64,000 nt of DNA from Ascidiella aspersa. Its lineage: Eukaryota. Both the position numbers and the translations under genes were made by a program. The notes below the pieces were generated by a model. The model was given only the letters and a program-made list of their open reading frames with translations. It was not told the DNA's origin and did no database searches. Below, piece after piece: positions 28,601-41,335 of this stretch. The stretch covers positions 29,698,001-29,762,000 of the forward strand of contig OZ004612.1 of assembly GCA_963924565.1 (NCBI GenBank), written 5' to 3'. How positions within the stretch are numbered: position 1 is the stretch's first letter; each line of letters opens with the position of its first letter.

Positions 28601-31600
28601 CTCTGGATTAATCAGCTTGGTAGCGTTCGGGTAAAGATAATATTTTATTCCCTCCGATGCGCCATCTAGTGTTACGCCGCGAATCAGAATCATGAAAATG
28701 AGGAGAAAGGGGAGGGTGGCAGTCACGTACACAACCTGGAATAAACAACAGGCGATGTTAGCAAAAGCAAATTAACAACGCAAAAAATACCTAATTTTTA
28801 GGAAAATTTTTCTTGTTTTTTTTGTTTGAAACCTAGTTTATTTTAATGAAAAGCAATACTTAAAACGGAACCCTAGAAAAAAGTTATTTTATATTAATTT
28901 CCAATAATTTATTTTTAATTCTCACTCGTTGTTTAATTTCAAAGTACACACCGTTTCACATTAAATAATATAAAAAAAAACACGTGTCCAAAAATTGTTT
29001 TTTTCGGGGTCACATAATTATCGTGATAAGTTACAATTTCGATAAACTTAATTTTATTGTCTGGATTAGTTTATCTAACATGCGATAGGCCTTGATTTAA
29101 ACGACACACAAAAACAACATGTCTAACATAGTTGTAACCAAAGTTCACTCTAAGTTGTTTGTCAGATAACCAAATACACAACGCCGCCTCCCAATATTTC
29201 CTAAAAAACTTTTTTTTTTCTTTGACCTTGGCTGTCCATTTGATGCCCTTGAAAGTTGAGAAGTAGATCCCGACCCACAGGATCGCAAGGTAGAGCACGA
29301 GATCTCCCCTCAAACTGCCCACGTTCTCAATCCCCGAAGAAACACCGAGCACCTCCCGGCTAAACAAAGTCAATTTAGCGTGGACTTGATTGCTCATTTA
29401 TTTAGCCAAGGTGTTATTTGTTGGTGGTAATCACAATCGATGTAGTTTTTGTAACGAACATTTTGAATGCACATGTCAGCAAAGAATGACATTTGCAAGA
29501 GTTTTATTACCGCTATTTGAATTTAGTAACGAAACGAAATCACTGTACGGCGCCCATGAAAATTAGAATGACGTTTGAAAAAACCCAAATATTTAAAAAA
29601 ATAGTATTCAAAGAACGACTGCCCACTATTCTTATTAAGTTAACGACAATCAGTTGGCAGTCTTACACCTGATGAAAACCTTTTGTCGTGATACCAATTA
29701 CAACAATTAACAAACGTTGACAGGAACAACACACTAACAATAACCCAAGCGCAAACTGGAAAATAATTTACATCAAAATTAAAATCTACGAGAAGCTAAC
29801 AATATGTTATAGCTGCCCATAAACCCAACGAGACCTAGAGGTTTCTTTTAACCTAAGTGTTAGTCTTACTATAACTAAACCTCAGGCCGTCTCTGGTTTG
29901 TAGGTGGCTTCCCATATTGGCCGCGCATTTGTGCCTAACTACCCCTGGGAAGGGTTTAATGCACGCTTTTCCCTTGTGTATTGTGGGAAACTTGCTTAGC
30001 ACGTCACTAGGATCAAAAGGGCATTTTACGCTTCTGGTAATACTATATTTGTTTTCACCCGCAAACTTCCCTTTATAAATTTGAAATTTAGAGATATATA
30101 GGTGGCAAAATTATAACTCGGTTTAAAAAAGGAAATTTAAAAATGTTTGTAGTTTATTTATGTAATTCGAAATTAAAGGTTTGTAGTGTTGTAACACCTG
30201 TACTGGAACTTGTTTTGGTTATCACCAGTTTAATGAAACATTGAAAGATTTAGCAGTGAACTGAAAAATTTATATACACACGTGATGTATATTATGTGAT
30301 CTATAGCCTTTCTGAAGTAGTAGTGACTAACGATATTGGCTTATATTATATAGTACACTCATGTCTTCCCCAGTTATATCACACTAATGTCTAACACTAC
30401 TGATTTTATGTACTTTGTTTTCGCTTCATTTTCTTGAAGACTATTCTAAGAAAATAAAGGCATACTATAATTATAGAATAAAACAGTCACTTGGTCCAAA
30501 TAGCCGTTTTACGCTTTCAGATATGTAATTAATAATTTCACCGGCGAAAGTTGTCTTTATAATGGAAAGTCTTAGCCAATTGATGGTGGTAAAACTTTAA
30601 AATTAAAAAACAAATTAATTGGGAATTAAGCGATTTGAAATTCGACAGACCAAATAGATAATAGTTATGGTTATTAGTTGTGTCATACTTTCACTGAATT
30701 TTTTTGGTTATCGTTAGTTTGATAAAATAAGAGAAAAAGCAATGGTGTGAAGAATCCAAAATTTTAACACTATTGAAATAAAATATTTCGTCTTTGCTTC
30801 AAGTCTAAAACGAATTCTGTACACCAACTGGCGCTATTGCTGTTTATAAGCTGGAAGAGTTATCTAGTAATGCGAAGCGGTAAAAAAACAGTGAATAAAT
30901 CAAAATACCATATTGCGCTGGGAAATAAGAGTCTCGCAGCATTTCAAGTAAAATGGTCCAGTCTTTAAACGTATATCTGTCGTTTTTTTGGTCCTATCTA
31001 TCTTTTATCTTTTCTGCGTCCGTGCGTCTTTTTCTTCCGCCGTGTAACTTATTACCACGTAATAAAAAAAATAGTAAAGCAAAGCGCATTAATTCCTGTA
31101 CAACCAGTCTCTCTTCATAACGCTTATCGCAATCCACGTTGATATATTCTTAAGTGGGAGATTGACAGGCGAGTTCACCTTGAGTGTTGAGCCACTTGAC
31201 TCGCACTTGAAAAAAATAAATATAGTGTAAGTCAAAGTAAAAAAGTGGTGTTTCAAAAAATCTTGTCGAATACTTTACATTAATCGGTTTTAAGTGGCGG
31301 TTAATGTTGTGCGAAACGTAAAGTGCTATTAAACTTATGCAGTTTCCATGACTCCTAATATCGATGGACCAGTTGGACCACCCAGCTTTTAGAAGTCGCG
31401 CAAATCTTGACGTTATTGTTTTGTATGAATACATCATTGTAGTTCTTTTTTAAGGTGTTGTTTGTTTTTAAGGTGTTTTGTATATTGAGTAATCGTATAT
31501 CTGTACTACCTATGCATATTGGCGTGTTATTAACCTTGGAAAAATATAAAAGGTTTTAGTTTATTAGCAAAATGCGCTTTTGCCAAAGTACCCCACCACC

Positions 31601-34600
31601 CCTGTTAATCCATAACGTTTTTCGTGTCACATGTTGAAGCATAATGAATAGCTGGAGGTTGTAATTTGATGGGAAATAAAATTCTTTAGATGTAGAATGA
31701 AGTAAAAATCTCTGAAGCGTTGACAAAATGCTACCTACTCATATATGGGCTTTGATTTTTTATTCTTGTCTAACTACAATCTGCAGCCATTATCTTAAGT
31801 GTTCAAAGCGTCCACGAAATGAAACCTACTTCTGTATAGGTTTTGATATTTATTCTTGTCATCCACATTTTAGTCGGTAATGTCGGGAATTAAGTATGGC
31901 GTACCGTGGATTGTATATAATTATTGTTTTTGACAGACTGCTAGTCCTTTTCCCGTTGCCGACTCAATGGAAAAATACCGTAAACATTCTATTCGGTAAT
32001 GGAAAAATACAAAACAAATTCCAAGGCCCAATAATCTGATGGAGGTTTGTCAACCATAGCTAATCAAGTTAAAAGTATGCCAGTAACAGAAAGGAAAGGC
32101 TATAGGAAGCCACGTGTTTTATCTTTATCGCCTATTGATCCACTCATGCACGCTATATCAAAATCAGATAGGGCCTCCAATCGTTAAAATCATGCCGGAA
32201 AGTCATTAAGGTTCAAGCCCAATAACGCCTGTATCAAAATCCTGTGGTCTACTACGCAACGTTGCGCCTTACTGTATAATAAGGACGTGATTATAATATA
32301 GATCCGGGGTACCGGCGGAATGTTACTTCAATCTCTCTTAAGATAACGTTAGATGTTTAGATTGCACACGGTCCTACATAATTATAAAACGACATTAATT
32401 CGTTTTATGTACCGTTTTCTTTACTTCTTTTTGCTTGGACTTGGCTTTCGTAAATTGTGTTTTTTTTTCAAATAATTTCACTCTATCGCATTGGCAAGTT
32501 TTAGTTGAATTGTCCAATTTATTAAGTGTACAATAAGAAAATATAATATTTGACTAACATTTTAAACTGATAAGCGTTCTAAAACAGCGAGTATGATTTT
32601 TCTTAAGCCGTTGTTTTAAATTTAAGTGGAAGCATTATTATTCAGTTAAAAGAATATTAATTTTGCAGTCAACAAGCCCTGTAGACACGTAGTGTACACA
32701 AAAACCGGGCATATCTAAGAAACATTCCGCGCTATGCGGTTTGGTCATTCAAATGGAAACGGCGCGTAGTTTATCACCAATACAAGCCTTGTGAACAGAC
32801 CACACATTTAACAGCGATGCATATCTCAGTAAAACGGACGTTAAATTTAATATAGGGCGGGTTGACAAGTTGACACACATCCGCTAAATAGTAATAGAAT
32901 AACGCGGTTGTTGAATATCTTGTAAATAAGCTACAAGACCCTGCGACTTAACCGAAGGGCTTATAACAGTGATGTGATATTGGAAAATAGAATAAATCAA
33001 TTAATTAATTATTGTCGCCCCTTAACCCCATCAGTATACTACTATGGTTTAATATCACAGCGTAATATTCAATTTCATTGAAGACTGCCATAAGTCGAAA
33101 ATGTAGAAAACAATCAAGATTCAGTTTTGACTGTTTTACTGAAACATCTTAGTTGTTATGTTTAGGGTAACAGCGTGTTAAAATTGATAAGAATTTCAAA
33201 ATATCTGATTGGTAACATAAAGTTTTCGGTCCATAAGCCGAAAATTGCAGAATGTGATCCTGAATGTGCTTTATTAAATGTTTACTCAAGAATCATAAAA
33301 ATTAAAAAGCAACTCCAGGTTCTACCACAAAAAAGCTACCAGATCGCCCTACAATATACTCTTCATTATACTTATCTAAAAAACTTCACGGAAACTGTAA
33401 TATTGCGTTTAATGATATGTTTACGCAGCTACCATACATCAATAGATTTACCCAAGGTTTACGCAGCTACTTGACATAAAGAAGTTTACTACATCGGATA
33501 CCTTCGGAAAGGCACGGGCTTGATCACAGAATACACATTGTTTATATATAAGTTTTCAGCTTCTCAAGGTTATACAACAAAAAAACACCCTAGAATGCCT
33601 ACAAAAGCTATGTCAAACTCACTTCCAAAACTCATGCCTTCGGAAAAGCACGTCTGCACACATTGTTTATATTACCGTTTCAGTCAAGTTTATAAAACAA
33701 AATAAAACACATAATTCCTACAATACACAGCGTTAAACGTACTTCCTACAACTCTTCAGCTGCTGCACAGAATACATACGTTTTATGAACGTTTCAGTTA
33801 CTTATACAACAACAACCCTAGAAATCCTGTTATAGTGTGTCATACTCACTTCCAAAACTCCTCAGCTGCCGAGATCGAGGTATTAGATCTTGTGAGGTTT
33901 TGCGAGGTGAGGTTTGAGTTCGGCGTTACGCAATCAGGGCTGTTCCAAACATTGTCACAATGAGACCAGGGTAGAGTGGATTGGAAGCTGGTAACGAGGT
34001 ATTTAAAAGCCCACACTAGAAGAATGGGGTAGTAAGTGTTGCAGTAGAACATGGTGACCAATGCTGCCAAAGAAATGCCTGAAAAAATTGCAATTTTAGG
34101 TTTGTATTTCGAAACATTATGCTATACATAGTTCTGTATGGGCTTTGATATTTATTCTAAATACAATCTCCTAAACTTTTACATATTTGTGCATGGGGCT
34201 TGATATTCTTCTACGTATACAGTAACTACAATGCTATCATGCTCAATTTGTTTTTAAATTTGACTTCACTTACTGGTATAAATTTGACTAACTGATACTT
34301 TTCGCTACACTTCAGTTTGTTCAAGACACGTGATAAAAATCAGGTTAATGGCTGCTTGTTAAAAAAGTGACTTTGCGTCAAATGTATTTGTGTTGTTATT
34401 GACGTCTGGTTGGCTAATTAGCAACTAAATAAATTGTAGGGATTGATGTTTTAAATGAAAATTGTTGTCTGACTGATTGGATCAGGTTTCGTGAAATTCT
34501 GTTTTAAAACTCGTAGTTAAAAACAGTGATTCCAAAGCAATTAGTGGCTTGATGTGACAAGTCAAGCATTTTGACACGGTGAAATCAGGCTAAATTTAAA

Positions 34601-37600
34601 CTAATTTGGGGTTTCACACAAAGATGCTAAATATTCTGCGTCAAAAACATTATTACTTTTGGTATGACAGCTTAAATGCATCTGCCGACGAATTGACCAC
34701 TGGTTTACAGCGTGTGGGTAAAATTACACAAAACATCAGTTTAAATAATTTATGGAATTCAATACAACTGCAGGAGAAATACGCCGATGTGCCAACAGCT
34801 GGACAGACCGTTGTAATTGAAATCAGATGGCGGTTTTGAAATATTTTTTATCTTTTCATTATCAGGAAACATGATTGATATATTTAAGAAAGCCGATAGG
34901 ACATTTTAAACGACCGGACTGTTAGGAACATGTTTTTTCTGTCGGAATCGAGTCTTAGACCTTAGTGCAAAAATTGCGTCATTAACCCCGAATTTTCCAG
35001 AATTGTTGCACAACTTAGTATTCTGTTAGAATAGACATTTGGTTACGCAGTATATAAGGCACATTTCATATAACACAATCCTCAAATAACATTAGCAAGA
35101 CTCGAAAGTCCTTAATGAAAACCTGTCCGTTACTCTATGGACTAGTTACTTAGGTTAAGTGTCATTTATTCCAGATATTAAACGTATTATCGATTTTTGG
35201 TTTTATAGCACTCTATTAACAAGGTTGAATAATTCCTAGCATTATGTAAGGTTATTCAACCCATAAAGGAACACTGATGGTAAAAATGTGCAACTGTATT
35301 TATATTGTCATGTCTTGAACAGTAATAGTGAGAGATGGGTGTAAATTAGAGTGACAGCTGTTGGTTCAAAGCGCTTATGTTGTTCCCACACCATTTCAAT
35401 GAAATATAGACAGGTTTCAAAGATATTCTAGTCATTTAAGGCGATTTAATTGACAACAGTTAAAGCAGAGCGCTTTTTATCCCTTGTTATCCAGGCCATG
35501 TCTGTGATTGATACACCAATGAAACAGGTATTACAATTGCATGTCGATAGGCGTTTGAAGTAAAGTTTGACTGACAAGCCACAACCGATTTCCCATGCTT
35601 GTCTATGCAATGCAACGCCGCGGGCTTTTAACGAAGTTATGACTCACACTATGAAATTTTAACACAGTTTCTTATCATTCACGTATAAAGTTGTTATTCT
35701 TTCTCCGCGATATTTTTGAGATAAAGGTGTCAGTCTTTTAGCACACTTACACTGCTTAAATTGTAAAGTTACGAGCTGTATAATTCCGCCATGTAAGTGT
35801 TTTAAATGTGTTCACACCTACTCCTAAAAACCTTAAACGTCAATAATATTCAATCATAACTGAAAAACTCAACCGTAATTTTTTTTGAAGTAGGCGTAAT
35901 AATTTACTAAAAGCTCTGTTTGAAGCCTAAACCCTTCGAACTCTTGTGTTTTCCGATATTAGTGAATCGGAGCCGATACAAAGTGGTAGGTATCGGAATT
36001 TGTTTGATATACTTATGTGATATCAGCCATGGTTAGCTTTTTTTTACCTACGCTTTTTCTGCTTTTAAAGATATTTTTGTTACAAAATATAATACAATAA
36101 AGGTAACGTAAGTTTTCATGCGCTAAAACATTTTGCCCTTTTAATTTAGGACGTTTTGCGATTTTTTACTAATTACACCAATGCTGACCTTTTTTCACTT
36201 TTCATGGCACTTTTTTTGAAGCACACGATATTCTATGACATTGCTGAATTACCTTTAAATATGGGTACAACCCCCCAGCTTTTCATGAGACCCCCTTGCA
36301 ATAGCTGACCGAGAGAGGTCTCCAAAATCACCAGGGGAATCCCCAGGAAGAAGGCGAAGAACAAGTAGGGAATGAGAAAAGCACCTGAAACATAAAACAG
36401 TGGACATTTGTAATGTACAACTCACTCAACTGGTTTAAACTTTAAGCAGAATACCTGATGCTGCTTACCTTACACAACCTATATTATATGCGTAAAGCTG
36501 TATGGTTTATATTTTACAGTTGCACCTAAAACATAAGACTTTCACATTGGTGTTATACACAATTCATACAACTAGTGAGAACAGAGAATACTTGATTCTC
36601 CCTATCTTGCACAACCTGTTATATGCCAAGCGTTTACATTGATACCATATACAACTTAATTGAAATGATTGATGTAGTCGAGTTTGTATCAACAAAAACG
36701 TTCACTTTAATGTCATACACAACTCATACATACAACTGGTTTATTAAAATAAGTGATTCTCAACACCTTACACATTCTATATTATATGCGTAAGGCTGTG
36801 TAATTATATACTATATGCGTAAAGCTGTGTAACATTTTAAAGTTTGGGTTTGTTAAATCTATAGTAGAGTTTTTATGACGTAATCAACGTGATTTAGCGC
36901 GAAACATTCAAGTAAACGTTATTCTATTTCGTTATGTCAACATAAGTTTATTATTTAATAAAGTAATGTGAATTAAAAAGCAAAAAGTAAAAAACAACAA
37001 AGAGTGGAAAACTATTTCCCTAAAGTTTAATCAGGGCGACTTGTTAAAAATTTAGATCGTCCCCCGAGAATTTAGATTTAGGCTCGGATTTAAATTGATA
37101 TATACTACAATTCAATCGCGCTCTACCAAATAACAATTATAATTTTTTTTATAAAAGAATCGCATTGTGTCACGTCCCCTAAATTTCGTCACAGTCTTGG
37201 TATGTAAGACAGGATTAGGCTTCTCCTTAAGCTTTTCCCATCAGATCCTGACTTTACAAAGAGCTTTCACACGGAAACTTCTCCTACAGCGAGTTGCCTG
37301 TAGACACAATACGCTTTGCGGTTCTTTTTCCTACGCTAAGCCGTTACGGACAACTCCGTGAAGCCTTTACACGGCATAGTAAGCGCTTTTCTGAATGTAA
37401 AAACACAGCAAGGAATGCTAGCCTTGCTTTTGTGGTTAAAGGCACTGAAGGAAACTTTGAATTCGCTGAATTGAAGCCGGGCTATTGATTTCGGGAACCC
37501 TTTTCCGTTTGCGGAAACAAGTGCTGTTTAGTTTTTGCAAAGCTCAGCATTTTATTTATTATTTTCGGTAACTTTACCATCCGTTTTGTTTATATTGTTG

Positions 37601-38290
37601 TAAATAGCGGATTTTTCGACTTTCTGACATCCAATGTTTCCACTTTATATGTTTGATTTTCGACACTAGAAATTAAGGCTCAAAACTGCATACAGCTTAA
37701 ATTTCTGTGACACTATGGCCTTGCTACGTTCCATATACGTCAGTATACGGTTCAGCAGTTCTTTTACTAACACCTCTCGTTGCAAGTTGCAAAAGGTGGC
37801 CATAAAAACCGCAAGTTCTCTTTACAAACTTACCTCCTCCATAATGGAAGAAATAGTAAAGGTATTGTGTTTTAGTTTCGAATAAAATGATAAATTTGAC
37901 ATTTTACACGATTTTAGTTGAAATACGTCAGTATACTGTAGAACAGTTCATTTACTATCACATCTCGTTGCAAACGTTGTAATAAAAGCCACAAGTAGTA
38001 AAGGTGTTGCCTTACAGTTTCGAATAAAATAATAAGTTTGGCATGGCCTGTAAATTAGTCCAGTATAGTCACAACATAAAACAGTTATTTTACTAACACC
38101 TCTCGTTGCAATAAAAGCTACAAGTTCGCTTTGCCAACTTACCTCCACCATACTTAAAGCATAGATAGGGAAACCTCCAAACATTACCGAGCCCAATCGA
38201 ACAACCGACAACCGCGAACATGAAGTCCCAAGACTTATTCCAACGAGGACGTTTCACTCTGTATTCAGAATCTGCTGCCTTTTCGTCCAT
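22565..38290 (-). CDS. SLC6 (NSS) sodium- and chloride-dependent transporter, creatine/GABA/taurine-transporter-like. 12 coding exons: join(38143-38290,36253-36384,33850-34078,29227-29359,28601-28735,27708-27811,27194-27287,26668-26811,26114-26251,25291-25497,23640-23816,22565-22639); 1716 nt, 571 aa
   Basis: Manual splicing gives one uninterrupted frame with GT-AG introns and consistent phases. Hallmark motifs: [115 protein letters not shown]. Confidence 0.96.
23640..23816 (-). CDS. SLC6 coding exon 11 (LVIIYSL...YPPWAQVIA...IPAYAIYK)
   Basis: ttttcag| acceptor and |gtaaaa donor; TM12. Confidence 0.93.
25291..25497 (-). CDS. SLC6 coding exon 10 ([13 protein letters not shown]...WFYGADRY...[10 protein letters not shown])
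   Basis: acgcag| acceptor and |gtaagt donor; TM10-11. Confidence 0.95.
25515..26105. repeat. Degenerate ~42-45-bp minisatellite filling SLC6 intron 9
   Basis: Repeated GTTGTAGGTTGCTGTATTTCTATACAAATC(G)TATTT. Confidence 0.9.
26114..26251 (-). CDS. SLC6 coding exon 9 ([13 protein letters not shown]...LGLPMLTE)
   Basis: ttctag| acceptor and |gtacca donor; TM8 end and TM9. Confidence 0.93.
26668..26811 (-). CDS. SLC6 coding exon 8 ([15 protein letters not shown]...LGFDSQ)
   Basis: ttgtag| acceptor and |gtttgt donor; EL4/TM8 motif. Confidence 0.95.
27194..27287 (-). CDS. SLC6 coding exon 7 ([31 protein letters not shown])
   Basis: caacag| acceptor and |gtaact donor; TM7 motif. Confidence 0.94.
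27708..27811 (-). CDS. SLC6 coding exon 6 ([18 protein letters not shown]...LGSYN)
   Basis: 104 nt, ttttag| acceptor and |gttggt donor; TM6 motif. Confidence 0.94.
28601..28735 (-). CDS. SLC6 coding exon 5 ([10 protein letters not shown]...[19 protein letters not shown]...)
   Basis: 135 nt, ttccag| acceptor and |gtaagg donor; TM5 motif. Confidence 0.95.
29227..29359 (-). CDS. SLC6 coding exon 4 ([14 protein letters not shown]...KGIKWTAK)
   Basis: tgtttag| acceptor, |gtcaaa donor, phase 2-0. Confidence 0.93.
33850..34078 (-). CDS. SLC6 coding exon 3 (TM3 and EL2; FYCNTYY...[15 protein letters not shown]...EEFW)
   Basis: ttttcag| acceptor, |gtgagt donor; EL2 cysteine pair and N-glycosylation sequons. 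Confidence 0.95.
36253..36384 (-). CDS. SLC6 coding exon 2 ([27 protein letters not shown]...PIFK)
   Basis: tttcag| acceptor, |gtaatt donor, phase 1-1, TM2 motif; not in the ORF track. Confidence 0.95.
38143..38290 (-). CDS. SLC6 coding exon 1 ([10 protein letters not shown]...[17 protein letters not shown])
   Basis: ATG at 38290, TM1 NSS signature, donor G|GTAAGT. An acceptor (tgcag|) at 38345 precedes a 55-nt 5'UTR portion. Confidence 0.95.
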
Positions 38291-38789
38291 GCTTGTTTAT
38301 TATTTTCAAAATAGTAGTTTTTATCAAGGTAAAACCACGGTATTCCTGCACAGATGAAAATGAAGTATATATATATTAAATTATAGTCAGTGCTTGATTT
38401 ATTCAATTCTTTTTTTCTAGTCAAAAAAAAATTTTACTATAATTATGCTTTTGGGGATTTGCTGCCTTTTGTCCTTGTTTGCTTTGCTAGTTTGTTTATA
38501 ATTTTATGAAATATGTATCAGTTTTCCCGAACAGATGAAAATTCTATTTGAAAACGCATTCTTTTTATTTGAAACGTAAACTTCTTAAATGTATATTGTC
38601 CGAATACATACTGTCGCGTAAAGCATCATTTTTAGAAAACAAAAAAGAGCATAGACTCTCACTTTAAAAGAGTAAGCAAGCATCCTGGCCAAATTATACG
38701 TACAAATACAAGTCTAGCTAAAATCTGTTCAAATTAAACTTTTCTACATCCCAATTGGCCCAAAATGTACCTTTCTTCATCTAACCGTT

Positions 38790-41335
38790 TTACGTGTGAT
38801 GGCGTGGCTATCCATTATGCGCGACTACTACTAACGCTACGATAAAGCCTCTATTTTCCAAGAGACCGTTAATTTTAACAGCGCCAGCTTTGGATCTTTC
38901 TGGTAACCAGTGGTAAATAAACAAACATCCATGGAAAAAGTATAATCGGTTATATTCGCGTTTTTCTACAACCTAAAGGCTTTGAACATTGTAGACTTTC
39001 TACAGTTCACTGTTCTTTCGTTATAGTTTGGTTGCTGAACAATACCATTTTCTTGGACACCTACCACAACCATTAGGCACGACCACTATAACGCCAGTTA
39101 AAGCCGTTATTCCCTAGAGACAGTTAATTTTAACCACGCCAGCTTCGGCTCCTTAAACCGTAAATAAAACAAGCAAACATCGAAAAATTATTATCCGATT
39201 ATATTAACATTTTTCCACAACCTAAATGGTTTAAAAACTGTACACTTTCTACGTTTAACCGTTTTTTTTTATTATATCTTTGTTACTAAACATTAGCTGA
39301 CAATTCTCGGACGGCTATACGACAGCGACTAGGCACAACTACTACTAACGCTACGATAAAGCCTCTATATTAACTTCTTTTCTACAACTTAAATGGTTTA
39401 AAAAATGTACACTTTCACAACTTAACCCGTTATCTGTTATAGCTTGGGTAGTCAACTGTAGTCGACCATTGTTGGACAAATATACCACAGCGACTAGGCA
39501 CAACTACTACTAACGCTACGATAAAGCCTCTATTCCCAAGAGAGCATTTTTTTAACCAGGCCAGCTTTTGTTTCTGATCACCGACCGTAAATAAACAAGC
39601 CAACTAAATAGACGTTGTTTTGTTATAGCTTGGGTACTCAACTGTAGTTGACAATCCCCGGACAGCTATACCACAGCGACTAAGCACAACTACTACTAAC
39701 GCTACGATAAAGCCTCTATATTAACTTCTTTTCTACAACTTAAATGGTTTAAAAAATGTACACTTTCACAACTTAACCCGTTATCTGTTATAGCTTAGGT
39801 AGTCAACTGTAGTCGACCATTGTTGGACAACTATACCACAGCGACTAGGCACAACTACTACTAACGCTACGATAAAGCCTCTATTCCCAAGAGAGCATTT
39901 TTTTAACCGAGGCCAGCTTTTGTTTCTGATCACCGACCGTAAATAAACAAGCCAACTAAATAGACGTTGTTTTGTTATAGCTTGGGTACTCAACTGTAGT
40001 TGACAATTCCCGGACAGCCATACCACAGCGACTAAGCACAACTACTACTAACGCTACGATAAAGCCTCTATATTAACTTTAAAAAAAAAAAAAAAACTGT
40101 ACACTTTCACAACTTAACCTTTACCTGTTATAGCTTGGGTACTCAACTGTAGTCGACCATTGTTGGACATCTATACCACGGAGATTAGGCACAACTACTA
40201 CTAACGCTACGATAAAGCCTCTATTCCCAAGAGAGCATTTTAACCGAGGCCAGCTTTTGCTCCTGATCAACGACCGTAAATAAACAAGCCAACTAAATAG
40301 ACGTTGTTTTGTTATAGCTTGGGTACTCAAATGTAGTCGACCATTGTTGGACACCTAACCACAACCATCAGGCACAACTACTACTAACGCTACGATAAAG
40401 CCTCTATATTAACTTTTTTTCTACAACTTAAATGGTTTAAAAAACTGTACACTTTCACAACTTAACCCTTTATCTGTTATAGCTTGGGTCCTCAACTGTA
40501 GTCGACCATTGTTGGACACCTATACCACAGCGACTAGGCACAACTACTACTAACGCTACGATAAAGCCGTTATTCCCAAGAGACCATTTTAACCGAGGCC
40601 AGCTTTTGCTCCTGATCACCGACCGCAAAGAAACAAGCCAACTAAATAGACGTTGTTCTGTTATAGTTTGGGTACTCAACTGTAGTTGACAATTCCCGGA
40701 CAGCCATACCACAGCGACTAGGCACAACTACTACTAACGCTACGATAAAGCCGTTATTCCCAAGAGACCATTTTAACCGAGGCCAGCTTTTGCTCCTGAT
40801 CACCGACCGCAAAGAAACAAGCCAACTAAATAGAAGTTGTCTGTTATAGTTTGGGTACTCAACTGTAGTTGACAATTCCCGGACAGCCATACCACAGCGA
40901 CTAAGCACAACTACTACTAACGCTACGATAAAGCCTCTATATTAACTTTTTTTCTACAACTTAAATGGTTGGAAAAAATTTACACTTTCACAACTTAACC
41001 CTTTATCTGTTATAGCTTGGGTCCTCAACTGTAGTCGACCATTGTTGGACGGCTATACCACAGCGACTAAGCACAACTACTACTAACGCTACGATAAAGC
41101 CTCTATTCCCAAGAGACCATTTTAACCAGGCCAGCTTTTGCTCCTGATCAACGACCTTAAATAAACAAAGCCCCTCAAATGGACTAAAAAACTGTACAAA
41201 TTTACTAAACAATAGTCAACCACATTCTTGGACTACTATACCACAATTGTTAGGCGCTACCACTACTAACGCTTCTATGATAAGCCTCTATTCCCAAGAG
41301 ACCATTAATTTTAACCAGGCCAGTTTTTGCTCCTT
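38790..41335. repeat. Complex satellite with two alternating monomer types (~165 and ~185 bp), upstream of SLC6 coding exon 1
   Basis: ~14 copies of the core CCACAGCGACTARGCACAACTACTACTAACGCTACGATAAAGCC. Confidence 0.95.

Noticed and set aside
39781-41212. Five similar 69-88-aa ORFs (..LGNRGFIVALVVVV..) suggesting a peptide gene family
   Set aside because: They are translations of satellite monomers, mostly with non-ATG starts, and indels shift frames between copies.
38790-41335. CRISPR-like look of a constant core with intervening sequence
   Set aside because: The 'spacers' are themselves two recurring sequences, the context is eukaryotic and no cas genes are present.
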